Assembly: GCA_000182565.2 (NCBI GenBank)
Contig: KQ257460.1
DNA from: Spizellomyces punctatus DAOM BR117
Taxonomy: Eukaryota
Reading direction: 5' to 3' (one strand)
Length of the DNA: 64,000 bases
Shown here piece by piece: positions 11,893-24,273 of this stretch. Every line of letters starts with the position of its first letter. The stretch's first letter is position 1. The translations under genes were made by a program, and so were the position numbers. Under the pieces are notes generated by a model. The model had not been told where the DNA came from and searched no databases. It was given only the letters and a program-made list of their open reading frames with translations.

Positions 11893-12972
11893 CTACATCA
11901 AGCTCGAACTTGATGGAGAAGCATACAGAACCTCTACGCTCCCACCTCCGTGCTGGCCCTTGTACTCGCCTTGTCCAAACGGGGTGGTTGCAATGGTCAA
12001 ACTTCCGGCCCGGCTCGATCTGGTACCAGCTCCCACCTTTTCCATTTCCTGTCGACCTAGCGAAGCCACTTTGACGCTTTCACCTGCCCCAACACTAGCA
12101 CGCTTTGCGGAGCCAGCATTTCCAGTTTCTTCATCGTCATCGATATCAGCCAAAAAGTTCTTTATGTCTAAATCAACGTTCCTTCCGGTAAGTTTCGCAA
12201 ACACATCGTGCTTGCTGGGGTCTCCCACGATACGCACTTCTACAGCTGGGTGTGCTCCGACAAGACCCATTTGCGCTGCTGTTTCCTGTAAGACTGCCGT
12301 TGCCTCCTTTACAAATGGAAGACTTAGGTAAACGCATGCCACCCCTCCAGTAAAGAAACACGGGAGCAGTAATGATTTCTCGTGCAAGAAGCTATAGGAC
12401 AACTGTCCCAATATTCCGCCGATGAGATAAGAAATCAAAAGTGGAACGTGTACTTTGAGCCGCCAAAGCTCGGCTTTGGTGTCGAGCCGGCATGCTTGGC
12501 CCAAGATGTTTCCAATATCGGTGCATATTCCAGTCATATGCGTTGTTCGCACAACAGCACCTGAGTAACTTGTCGCTAGAGCATTCTGCAGCCCGCATGC
12601 AAACGCCGCACACCATTCACCCACAATCAACTCCCGTCTCAAGAATACGAAACTCGCAAAAAGGCATGCGCTTTCGAGAATTAGGGCATATCCGTATCCG
12701 CGCCCGAGTCGGAATTTGTTGTCGCCCACCATAAACCCAGCAATGAAGGATCCAAACATGTAGGAGAACAAAATGCTGGTAACCAGCGCGAGGGTGGTAA
12801 TATCGGCGTTGAGGAGCGCCATTGCAATCCGCGAGACGTTACCAGTGTGGTGGGACACTGTCACAGTAAACACACCGGCGAGTGTGACAACATTGATGAA
12901 ACCGGCATTCAAGGCAAGCACCGAGCCACCGATGACAATGGAGTTGAACTCCCGTTGTGCAAAGTTGTTCAT
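11893..12972 (-). CDS. DUF1275/YoaK-family multi-pass membrane protein, single exon
   Basis: LALNAGFINV...VSHHTGN, FACGLQNA...GAVVRTTHMTGICTDIG signature. Confidence 0.85.
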   Translation of the reverse strand: MNNFAQREFNSIVIGGSVLALNAGFINVVTLAGVFTVTVSHHTGNVSRIAMALLNADITTLALVTSILFSYMFGSFIAGFMVGDNKFRLGRGYGYALILESACLFASFVFLRRELIVGEWCAAFACGLQNALATSYSGAVVRTTHMTGICTDIGNILGQACRLDTKAELWRLKVHVPLLISYLIGGILGQLSYSFLHEKSLLLPCFFTGGVACVYLSLPFVKEATAVLQETAAQMGLVGAHPAVEVRIVGDPSKHDVFAKLTGRNVDLDIKNFLADIDDDEETGNAGSAKRASVGAGESVKVASLGRQEMEKVGAGTRSSRAGSLTIATTPFGQGEYKGQHGGGSVEVLYASPSSSSLM

Positions 12973-13720
12973 TTTATGGAAGGTTTAGGCGGTTTTCTGC
13001 AGTCTATTGCACACAGGATGACTGGGAATAATGGTATGAGGGCTAATGAGCGATAATTCCTAGTAGACGTGCCCTAAAAATGTTCAGAATAACGCAACCA
13101 GGCGCTCAGTCGAGAATTGGTTATTATGAAATTTACCGTACAATAGACTCCCTAAGAACGCAACGTGGGTGAGTCGCACTCCCCGCTAAAGGTCTCCGCA
13201 ACGCTCCGATTGCTATCAAATCCTGCTGTCAGTCCAACACGTCAATCGCTGATGAACCCACAGTAGAACCATCCAGCTATTTTCCAGTCCAACTCGTTAA
13301 ACCCTATGCTCTCACCTTGAGGATTTGCAAAAATCTCCAGCCCAAAGTTCTTGACGCCGATTACAGCAGTGGGAACCCAGTCTCATCAGCGCGGTTGGTT
13401 GATCATGTAAGCAGATCGTGTAAGCATCAATCATGATTGCAGCTATCTGTACATTAGTGTAGAGGTGACAGAAACTGGCCCTAGCTACTACATCAGGGAA
13501 TGAACCAGCGTAAACTGGCTCCGAAAAGCTAACTAACTACTACTAGGCAATTATACACGCAATACGTAACGGCTATTCTAAACCGGATAATTGCCCACCA
13601 CCACACGCGTTCCTACTGGGCCTTGATCCGGAACTCTTGATCGACATTGAAGCCAGAGTCATCGCACGAGAGTTAATATCGTCAGGGAGACTCAAAAGCC
13701 GGAGGATTTTCAGTAACGAC

Positions 13721-14218
13721 TCATTCATCATCACTGGGCACTAGTTCTTCAGGTGCTCTCTCGATCAGGCCTTGACGGATCTGTTCTTCATATTCTCGGA
13801 TACCCCAATAATCCACGCCCATTTCGGGATCCCGTTCTTCGGCTAACTGCCTTAAACCCTCCTCCTCGGCACGGGTAAGAGGACGGAGCCTTTCGAACAC
13901 AAGCTCGCGCGAGCGAAGGTATGCAGATCGGAAGCATTCCCTTTGTAGCCGATAAGCCACGTAGTGCCCCCTCAGTTCATCATAGACTGCCTGGTTCAAG
14001 CCCCAATAATTGATTTTGAATCTTAAAGGGATGGTCTTGATATAGGTGATGACACCTGTGCAGAAAGCCCAGCAACTGGGAGCAGTATTTGTAGTGGTGT
14101 CGTTCGTGGGCGGATCGTTGGTAGACGGAGCAGCAGGACCAGCTGGCGGATCAGCACTCGACGAACAGCCGCCCGTATAACTATCGCTAATAGTTCGGCG
14201 AAAAATAGCCCTACCCAT
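13721..14218 (-). CDS. Hypothetical orphan protein (165 aa)
   Basis: ATG-initiated intronless ORF with protein-like composition; no family recognised. Confidence 0.4.
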   Translation of the reverse strand: MGRAIFRRTISDSYTGGCSSSADPPAGPAAPSTNDPPTNDTTTNTAPSCWAFCTGVITYIKTIPLRFKINYWGLNQAVYDELRGHYVAYRLQRECFRSAYLRSRELVFERLRPLTRAEEEGLRQLAEERDPEMGVDYWGIREYEEQIRQGLIERAPEELVPSDDE

Positions 14219-14493
14219 GATAAAGAAACGAAGAAGCTCATATTCCCACGTCTGTGACGATTAACACCCAGTTCATGCGCCACTAATGCGCCACATACTG
14301 CAAGCCACATGCAGGAGGTGCGCGTATAAAAGGCGTCCTTTCTCACGCGCTCCTCTTCCCACTATCTTTTCTGTCGAGTAGTTGTGTTGCAGTACACAGT
14401 TACTGTATACACCCTGCTCGCAAAACAGAAAACCAGTAAATTGGCAGAGTTCCATGCCGGCCATAGGCCACCTCCTTTTTCTCCTCATCGCAA

Positions 14494-14685
14494 TGGGGGC
14501 CTGCATGTTTGTCAGCTCCTTGTGTGGCTGTTCCAAGTGACGGGCCAGTATTGTGGTGGAGAGGATAAGATCGGGGCGGGAGAAACAACTCTCGGGTGGT
14601 GGACGAGCTTCACCGCTGCACTCTACCGTGGGGGCCTGCATGTTTGTCAGCTCCTTGTGTGGCTGTTCCAAGTGACGGGCCAGTA
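14494..14685. repeat. Exact 57-bp direct repeat, copies at 14494-14550 and 14629-14685
   Basis: tgggggcctgcatgtttgtcagctccttgtgtggctgttccaagtgacgggccagta occurs twice, 135 bp apart. Confidence 0.95.
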
Positions 14686-15914
14686 CGGTGGCGGGTTGCT
14701 CGATGTTTTGCTCCGCCTACATTTTATATATACATTTTCACATTGCCTAGCAGTACACAGCGGCTTGCATTATTGATGAGCCCATTCATATGAATTGCCA
14801 CCAACGACAAGATTTGAACTTGTGGTTACTGCTTGCACCAGCTTCACCTATAGAGATCTATGAACTGGTGATTCCATCACAGACGTCATGGTTTGGCTAT
14901 CATATTGTTGTTGGTGACTCCCATCGTGGCAGACCTGATGATTAGGTATATGTCTCATATACTTGCCGATCTAGTTTCCCAGTTGGTCTCTGATGACTAC
15001 CTACTGCTGCTGTATGTCAAAACCTCTTTCCTCAACTCCTTTCCTATCATTCGCGCTATACTGTTTAATGACATATTGTGGATCTTGTCTTTTGCGGTTT
15101 GAGGTCTATTTCTATTGTCCTCAACTGTCACCATATGCGAATAGTACAATATATTTACGATATTGGTGACCTTTTTCATATGAGGCTAATCGCCTGTCTG
15201 TTTTCACTGAACATAATTGAGAATGTTCGCCTATTTCCCAATAAGGAAAACCCTGATAAAATCATCTCCCGTTCAAACTTTTCAATCTCCGACTCCAGGA
15301 CGGTTCCCGTATAATCCCTTGGCGTCTATTAATAGTCGATACCCATCTCCTGTTAGTTCTGATCTTTTGATGAGATATGTTCAGTTTCATCCATAGACTG
15401 TCTTTGCTCTACAAGACTTTGAATTCCTTCTGCATCTGGGTAATACTTTGCTTTTCCAAATGATACACGTATTTGTTAGAAGTTAACTTTCAGTCCAAGT
15501 TGCTCTCCAAACCAGTTAATCTTTGTCATATCCCATCTCAAGTTATCAACAGTTCGATCAGATTTTGACTGCTGGTCATGTATACAGGTCAATCTTGTTA
15601 TCATAATTGAATTTCCTACCGCTTGTAATTAATCTATCATAGTATGAACCCCTACCCTCCATGGGGGAGATATGCAGCTGCACTTTTATTCAGTTAAAAC
15701 GTCCTTAGTTTAGCATGATATGTGGGGGATTAACTAAATAATTTTAATGTTAATGATGACTGGAACCAACTTGGAAGTAAATTTCTTTTGTGTTTCATTG
15801 GCAACTCGCTGGTACAACAAAAAGTTGTCTTAGTCAGCCCGCCACGACGTCAGCTCACTGAGAAGGACGACTGAAGGTTCGAGGTTTTCTTTGCTCCTTT
15901 CTTGACGGAATTCA

Positions 15915-17286
15915 ATGACGGACGTCAGTCTTAGCTCCCTGTCTGACATCAATAGTCGTTCCGCCTGTCCCCGTTGTGAGGGTAAGTGAGGTATAGTCTG
16001 CATCGTTCGTCGAGTGGCCCGTTAAAAACACCTGAATATGTCCGGTAGGCTTTGGTTTTGCACACGATTCCGTAGAAAAGCATGACAAACCACTAAAGAC
16101 TCGATGCAAACGTTGCGCGACCTGTAAAGGTATGGCGGCCACCCCATTGACCAAATGCTGCAAGGTTCAACTAATTATGTACTATTTCCTCTAGTATGCG
16201 ACGGATCTGGCGTGATAGTTGGAAAACTTCCATGCTCACGGTGTAAAGGTGGGAAAGCAGCGTGATATTCTGAACCCAACTCATCCTAGGGCGCTTCTCA
16301 CCTTCCCATCACATGCACAGCGCGTGGATTTGTCCATTCCAAAAAGGACGGCGCTAGATCGCATGGAACACTGGAGAGCTTGCGATGTATGGAATGTCGT
16401 GACTGTAAAGGTACAGGCACCAGTCCCATAGACGCTAGTGACGGACCTTGATTCCGTGACTCCTAGATTGCGATGGAATAGGAGTTTTGGACATCAAGAC
16501 CCTTCGACAACAGGAAAAAAGGAAAGCGGCGGCCATGCAAAGAGAAAAGCAGCAGAAACTACAGCAGCAACAACAACTGCACACCCCTCCCATGTCCCCC
16601 TTCCTCCCCCCACCCCCGATCTTGTGGAATCCGTTGCTCGGTCCACCACCACCACCACCACCGCCCTATATGCTGCCGCACATGGTCACACCTGGAGCAA
16701 TGGTTGGAACATTCCTCCCTCCACCACTGATGACCGTACCCGCAAGCAATGGATATCAGCTTCCGAACATACCACCATCAGGGACGTCTCAGCCGCCAGA
16801 GACAAAAGGGCGGACCCGACCACCTCGAACCCCACCCCGCCTAGACGAAATGAGGACGCGAACCAAATGTCCACGATGTGATGGTTACGGGTTTCGGCAC
16901 GATACCAGTGGGAAGCATGACAAGAAGAAAGGGGAACGGTGTAAAGGTTGTGGGAATTGTAAAGGTTGGTGATATTGTTAAAAAAATCTTTTCTATTAAT
17001 GGGACCATATTCACTATTTTCTCACATTATATAGCATGTCAAGGGAGTGGGCAGGTGTCAAATAAGAAGGCATGCACATCCTGTCAAAGTGAGTTACCCT
17101 TTATCCGTTTGCATACATAATCTCTCCCTCTTGGTTTTAATCCAGCTGCCTGTTTTTATAGTGACAGGGTTCACCCATCCGGCATCATCCGATCGTGAAC
17201 ATGATGCCCCTCAACATCTCCGCTGCTTTTTTTGTAAAGACTGTGTAGTGTGCAAAGGGTTGGGTGTAGCAGATGCTGTAGGCTAG
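15915..17286 (+). CDS. Cys/His-rich repeat zinc-finger protein (CxxCxGxG type) with Q/P-rich linker, multi-exon
   Basis: Spliced reading: MTDVS...CPRCEGFGFAHDSVEKHDKPLKTRCKRCATCK...; second copy CPRCDGYGFRHDTSGKHDKKKGERCKGCGNCK...CFFCKDCVVCKGLGV*. Confidence 0.75.
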
Positions 17287-17425
17287 AGGTAGTGTATTAC
17301 ACATGGAGACGCCACACCGCGCCATATTACCTGATCGGATGCACACATGACCGAGCTTGACAACCGTTGTTGCTTTGCAGGCAACGCTGGGTTGGAACTC
17401 GAGATCAATCCTTCCTTCATCCATC

Positions 17426-18050
17426 ATGCTGTCGACAGTACGATGCTTAGCCTCGAGAAGGCATCCCCAAATCCTGCGTACATTGCCTATTCTTGCCCGG
17501 CCAGTTCCTGCAGCGAGACCTAGCACTCTCGTCCCCCTTATTCCCAAGCCTGTTCTGTCTTCAAATCTCGTCCCTGCACGACAAATGGCCACTCTCAACC
17601 AAGTCATCAGCGGAATCCGCAAAGACCGCAAGAAGAAGCCTGCCTCTCCAGCATTGGATGGTGCTCCGCAGCGCCGTGGTGTGTGTCTTAAAGTGTTTGC
17701 CGTGAAACCAAAGAAACCAAATTCAGCCCAGCGAAAAGTCTGTCGAGTCCGATTGACAACAGGAAAGGTTGTTATTGCATACATCCCTGGCGAAGGACAC
17801 AATCTGCAGGAGCACTCTGTCGTCTTGGTGCGAGGTGGGCGTGTGTCCGATTGTCCTGGTGTACGATACAAGATTGTTAGAGGTGCGTTGGATTGCCAAG
17901 GGGTGGTGAACAGAACGAAATCGAGGTCCAAATACGGAACAAAGGTACTATCACTTTTCTTTTTCTGAATCTAGTCTATATGATTTACCTCTCCCTCTTC
18001 CTTGTCACTCTCAGAAACCAAAGACTGGTGATGCAGCAGGAAAGAAATAG
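17426..18050 (+). CDS. MRPS12: Mitochondrial ribosomal protein uS12m with presequence; one intron near the 3' end
   Basis: [47 protein letters not shown]; last exon [11 protein letters not shown]. Confidence 0.95.
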
Positions 18051-18138
18051 TGTATCTATTATAACAGTGTGGATAATATACAGGCAAAGGGCTTAGACAT
18101 ATAAAGCAATTCATATACTTGAACGTTAGACTTTCTGG

Positions 18139-21100
18139 TCATTCTGCCGCACCCACGCCGAGAATTTTCCCGGCGCTTTGGGGCGTCATTCGTTCTTTTC
18201 GCTATCGCAGTTGTTATTTTTAATATTGTCAAAGTACAGTGCGAAGCTAATGGTAAAACTTACTGTATTTGGTGGTGCTGTATGTGGCTTAACAGTGTCG
18301 AGCTTGTGCATATGTCGCAGTCTGGCGCCAGGCCCAGGGGAAGGCGGCACCTCGTTTAATGGATAGTAAGCCAGCATGTGATATACGGCATCATATTTGA
18401 CATTAGGATACGTTCGAGGCTCATGATGCCGTCGCGCCGTTTTGAGAGAAAAGAATTGAGGCTTGGAGTAAGATCATGCAATAGGAGCTTGATTAATCAA
18501 GTCAAGAACTCGACACTTTGCTACAGACTCACTTTATTCGTATCAGAGGGGTTGATGAGGTCTGGGGAAAGCGTCCAATCTGTGGCGCTCTTCCTTTTCC
18601 GGTAGAGGTCTGGTATCCAGCATGAGCGTATACTCCTGGGGCATAAAGCTATATTCAAGTGATGCATACCGGTCCAATGTTTGACGACCTGTGCCTGGAT
18701 TGCTCGACATCGTAGAAGCTTGATGTTGGCCATCGTCATACCCCCTTCGGGTTCATCTCCTTGTTCTCCTGGAAGAAAAGAATATGAGAACTAACTCAAA
18801 AGGCCGATATCAGCCCAAAATTGCAGATGCTCCACTATACCGTCATCTGACATTGTCGCTGTCAGTTCTCTCGATATACCTGTCCAACGTCATTAGTCAT
18901 TTTATAATAATAAGATGAGATGCCTCCAAGTTACCTCTCCACGTATCTATAACATTTTTCTTGAGCATTTCCTGATGTTTGGTTAGCAGCTGATTTCTTT
19001 GCTCCTCTATTCTTGACGCCTGCTTCACATCCTCAGGCATCTCTTGGTATGTAAATGGGTCACCCAGCACCCATGGGTCATCTTGGCCAAAGACCCCGAT
19101 ATGCGTTCCTAGAGTCGACGGTTCATTTAGGGAAGTTCGGCAGTCAGCGAGTTCATATGCACCATACCATCTGCTGTCCATACACGAATGGTCCCATCCT
19201 TGGAGGCAGTAAGAATGACGTTGTGAATGTTTGCATAGTTAACGCTAGTCGGGAAGTGTCAGCGCGCGTTCTTCCAAATCCTTCATGGATCATGAGCTAA
19301 CCTTGAGATACTTTGGACATGGGCTCTCCAACTCTTCTTCATCACGCAAAACGAATCATATTGACCCGTCACCATGCTATTTACATTGACTTCGAAAATC
19401 TGCATGACTTGACTCATTAATCATTGTTTGGCCAAATAGGGAGCCACGTCATGCTTACCCTCACATGCCCTTTGGATCCCCCAACTACCAAAAGAGTGCC
19501 ATCCGAGCTGAGGGCCATAGTCGCCAGTCCTTCTTCTTTTGTTACCTGGCAATTCATCTAAATTCAAGGATGCGTAGTAAGTGCTGCTAATTTCGGTTAT
19601 GCAAACTGTCTACCATGTGCCTCACCTCGTACAGCATAGTGCCCTCATACGTGTCCCAAAATCGAAGGCATCCATCGGCATGACAAGATGCTAAAGGTCG
19701 CGTTCGCTTCGTTTTTCTTTCTAAAGGATGAAGGAAGAGGATCTAAAGGTTGCGATATTAGCAGAGTGAGAGGAACGGTGCGCGCCAGCTCTTACCTTTT
19801 CAATAGCCTTTTCCTCTTTACTTCGCAAGTCAAGAAATGGCTCGCTTAGTGTGAGTTTGATGTAGCCTACAAAGCCTCATCAGCAAGTCATTCCACCGAC
19901 AGACGCTTCCAGCCCACCACACACCAGACTCCAAACTCCAAATGACTATAATTCCATCCACGCTACTTGTAGCTAGCATACTCGGAGGACAGAATGCTAC
20001 AGAAGATATGTCATCCTGATGACTTTGGAGACAATCTATCAGTTTTTAACACGGTGACATTCCAGCGGCAACATTTTCGCTCACCCTCGATGTGCACCTG
20101 ATCCCGACCCATTCATTATGCGGACTGGCTTGGCCTCAAAATGAGTTGGGTCGTCCAGGAATATGGACACCTTTCTATCCCATCCCACACAAATGATGTA
20201 ACGATTCGATCCCTGATGGAGTCCAGTCAGCAGTTGAGATCCATTTCATGTTCCAGCTACCGCATACCATCTCCACATATAAAACATCAGTAGTCTCCGA
20301 GAGATTGTCCTTCATCATCTTACGGAGTATCTGGCCGTTGTTAAAGTTCCACATCTGAGACGCTGTTAAATCAGGGACGACTAGATGCTGACGTAGTGAA
20401 TAAGGTGCCCACCTTTACTATTCCGTCCCGACTCCCAGTCACCAATCGACGTCCGCTCCTATCGAAGCACATGGCTGTGATTTCGAGTTTCTGTCAAAAT
20501 GCATATGTCATGTTCGCTTGGGCCAGGTAAAAGGCCAACAGTAGTCTCGGTACCCCATGCGCATTATGGAAAGAGAAGGCTCGGCTCCCCGAAGCAAGAT
20601 CCCATATGCAAACCGTTCCATCTTGGGCGCCACTAACGACCTGCAATTGCTGTCAGCATATTCCAGTAGGATGGTCTCGCTTTCTCTAAATGCCGAACCT
20701 GATGGAAATTTTCGTTAAACATGGCTGCAACTACGCCGGTATCGTGACTGCGTGATACGGTGTGTCTGAACGTTTTGTATAGCTGATGCATATTTAGAAG
20801 TCATTTAAAAATACCTAGATGCGTGTATAACTCACCGGCCATGTTGCCAGTTTGTCGCTTCCCAAGACTATTTGTCTGTTGATGGAATCGAAAAACATCA
20901 CGGATATCAATTCATCGGATCGTTGTGGTAGCTTTTCGGTCAGAGTTTGCAAACAGTTCAGATTGCGCGCGTTCCAAATTTTGATAACCTGAGCAAGAAG
21001 AAAAAAGTAAATAAGTGGAAAACACAACTGATTCTGAAGTTCGCAGCTTTTACCCTGTCCTCTGATAAGCTGATGATGTGCCCCTCTTCGTGGTTGATGC

Positions 21101-22827
21101 CGATGTTTACGATGGCCGTGTTGTGTCCATGCAAGCTGCCAGCGGGCTTCGATAGTACGTAGGGATTCCACAAGCGGCTAGACAACATAATCAGCATTCG
21201 TTTCTACAGTTCAGACAGGGGGATAATCACGCACATAATTTTGTCTCGTCCTCCAGTCACCAAAAAGCTGGGCCGCCTGCAGAACTCGAACGCCTTAATT
21301 CCCTTCGGCACATGGACATATCGTATCGATTTCCTCTCAAGGTCGCCTACGACCAGTGATCTTGCACTTTCTGGCGCACAAGAGACGAATGCATTGATCT
21401 CTTGGTAATACTGCACTTTAACTACCCAATCATTGTGAATCTTTCTCTAAGACGTCACGCAGAGGTAAGTCAGGGTATACGACGAGGTACCGGCAAGTCA
21501 CGTACCCGATAAAAAGAAGCATTATGTTTCCTGAGACTCTCTCTCTTCGCCAATTTCGCGGGTGTCAAATCCTCGTTTCCTTCATTCTCGGTAAAAAATT
21601 TCCGTGTGAAAGTAAGCACATTGATGTATCCCCCATCATCGCCGAATAAGATAAAGTCCCGCTCTTCATCATGTTGCCCTAGCAGATTAGACCAATATAT
21701 ATATAACAAACAATGTCGGCCGCCGGACCACGAATGTAGACATCAGAGGGTAAACGTACCACCATATGCGATGCAGAGTGGGTTATTCTCCAGTTGCGAT
21801 AAGGTTACGATTAATCTTGGTTTTATTGAAAGAACATCATATACGCATAGCCTAAAGGCAGAAGGTGTCAATTGCTGAACGAATAATTATGCGCAGAGCG
21901 AGCACTTACTGTCGATCATCCGTGATGGTTACAAGCCGGTTATGGTCGTGTATATATATTGCATCTGCTATCCATGATAGACGATTGAAATCTCTTATAT
22001 GAACTATCCGCTGGAGTTTCAAATTTTGAGCCCAGAGGCAAACACATCCTTCGCGACTGGATAAAAGGGGGACGGTCGGGTGGTTATTACATTAGACAGA
22101 TTTCTGACTGTTGGCCATACCTGACGCTAATGTACTTCCGTTCCTTTGGAATATAGTCGAGTCGCTTTATGATATCCTTGTGCGGAGAATTAAAAAGCTT
22201 CTTGATTCTCTCATCGAAAATGCTATGCTAAATGATGGTCGGCATACCGTCAAGGAACCCCATTACGTGTTACGCAACCTACTGTCTCGCCACCTTCCAG
22301 AGCTCCTGTCATCATATAGTTTGAAAATTCATCCCAATCCACGGTGCCATCAGAATTTGCATCAATCTTCATGAAAAGCATTGTCATCTGATCGTATGTC
22401 AGATTTCCCCCCACAACTTTCCCAAAGACTTCACGAAACTGACCAAAAGAATTGGTAAATTGCTATGCATATCGTACAAGTAGAGACGTATATACCTTGT
22501 CGATATCAAAGCCAGAGCTTCCATCCTCATTTTGATGACTTTGAAACATTGCCATCAATTGCTCAAAATGGTTCATATTCATATATTGTTGAACATCGAT
22601 ATTGAAGTCATTTCTAGACATTAATTAGTACATATTTTCACTAAGTAGATTAAGTATTAGCCGAACGTACTTGGTATTGGATTTTGTAGGACTCTTGTCT
22701 CCGTTCTGGTCGCCTGTTACACGCACCCTCACACGTCAACAATAACGTCCCACAGGGTCAGATAACATTCGAAGGTGCTTCTACCTGCGCCAGGGGAGCT
22801 CCTTGTGAAATCCACCTGTGGATCCAT
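18139..22827 (-). CDS. EF-hand plus WD40 repeat protein (WDR49/EFCAB8-like, cilia-associated), many exons
   Basis: LFMKIDANSDGTVDWDEF EF-hand followed by WD repeats (FGDDGG, LVTGGRDK..RLWNPY, LHGHNTAI, IKIWN). Confidence 0.8.
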
Positions 22828-22955
22828 TTCAGTTATAACAGCGCCAAAAGGTAGCTCGGTGTGAATGTCGAGGGATCTGCAAGTTATGACCACTGGACGT
22901 TGCGGGGCATTGCTGGCGCAGCGCTTATGCAATCGGCGATCACGGGATATCGCGG

Positions 22956-24273
22956 ATGCAAATGGGCACTTCCTCCAGGCAATCGCTACCAGTATTGCTC
23001 AGGTTCCATGTTCCAATGAATGTCCCGACATGTAGTGGGAACGGATTAGGAGTTCACCGTGGTCTCTTGATATGCTCCTGGATGGCAGATACACGGTGTA
23101 GAACAAAACATGCTCGAGCGTCTATCGCTGCTTTACCACAAACCTCAACACATGGAAGAAGATGGTCAGATCCTGGATTTTCATCCTTTTCTACATTAGT
23201 GGCACCGAGGCAGAGCGACAGTCGAAAGGATATTGGGATAACTCGTTCTGGAGATGCTACGCGATTCTTCTATATTCCTGAAATAGTGCCGTCATCCACA
23301 GATCGACTGACGAAACACTTTGAACGCAGTGGACTGGTTGCCCTACACAAAGATCCTCACATCTATATCATCAGACTCCGCGACGAGGCGAATTTGGCCT
23401 TAAACATTTTGCGTTTATATGGTCAAGACGTTCGGGCATGCGGGTTTGCCGCTCGTGAGTCAAACGGTTCTTTACACAAATCATAAATCCCAGTTAGCAT
23501 ATCCGTCCTCTTACATCTTAGAGTACTCTAGCGCCCGACGCCATCAAGCCGGTGCGCCATCTATACTTCAACTGGCGCTTAGTCATCGCCTCTGCCTATT
23601 CTTCCAAGTTTACAACATGTGCACTAGTTGGGGTCAACCAAGAACGTTCCATCCGGACAGATTCCCAACCAATCTGAAACAACTACTGTCTTCTTTTTCC
23701 TTTTCAAAAGTCGGAGCTCGAGCTGCGTACGATGCCATCATGCTGAAGAAGCACTATGCTGTTCATCTAAACAATCTTGTTGACTTGCGGTCCCTTGCCC
23801 ACGCTAGAGGTTTACCCACCACAACATTAGGCGGATTGAGTTACATGTACGGTGGCCCTATACATATGTCAGTAGAGGAAGATTTATCTCGGGAGGATTG
23901 GGACGCAGAAATTCTCCAACAAAATTCCGTATTCACTGCAGCCAATAAGGCCTTTGCCTCACGGATGATTCTAGATCGAATGGTATGCATGCCGGACCCG
24001 ATGCCTTGTCTAGATCAAATCCAGCGCAAGAAGAATGACATGAAAAAAATTCCGGAAGATGAAGATGATATCGCCGAGGCATTGTTGATTCTTCAATCTG
24101 CTTTGGCGGGGAGGGAAGCTTCTCGGGAGAGAATCATAAAGACCATTAAAACACGACATCCTCGCTGGAAAATGGTCATGACCGAGGCGGCCCTTCAAGT
24201 TCATGTGGAAGGAGTTGTCCGTGACTGGCTCAAGTCCGGAAAGCTGACACTGTTGGAAAAAATACGAAGATGA
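22956..24273 (+). CDS. WRN/EXD2-like 3'-5' exonuclease-fold protein with degenerate active site; intron 23455-23521; start uncertain
   Basis: ILQLA, LKQLL..KVG....DA..L, VDLRSLA, LGGL and DWDAEIL motifs of the DEDDy WRN-like family. Confidence 0.7.

Noticed and set aside
11837-12331. 164-aa plus-strand ORF and similar antisense ORFs across large exons
   Set aside because: Antisense shadows of real genes with no independent motifs
14494-14685. Direct repeat pair as a CRISPR array
   Set aside because: Only two 57-bp copies, eukaryotic context, no cas genes
15752-15862. ATGATGA...CTGA as a C/D snoRNA
   Set aside because: No terminal stem and no recognisable rRNA guide; such short motifs occur by chance
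17185-17931. 248-aa minus-strand ORF
   Set aside because: Antisense shadow of MRPS12
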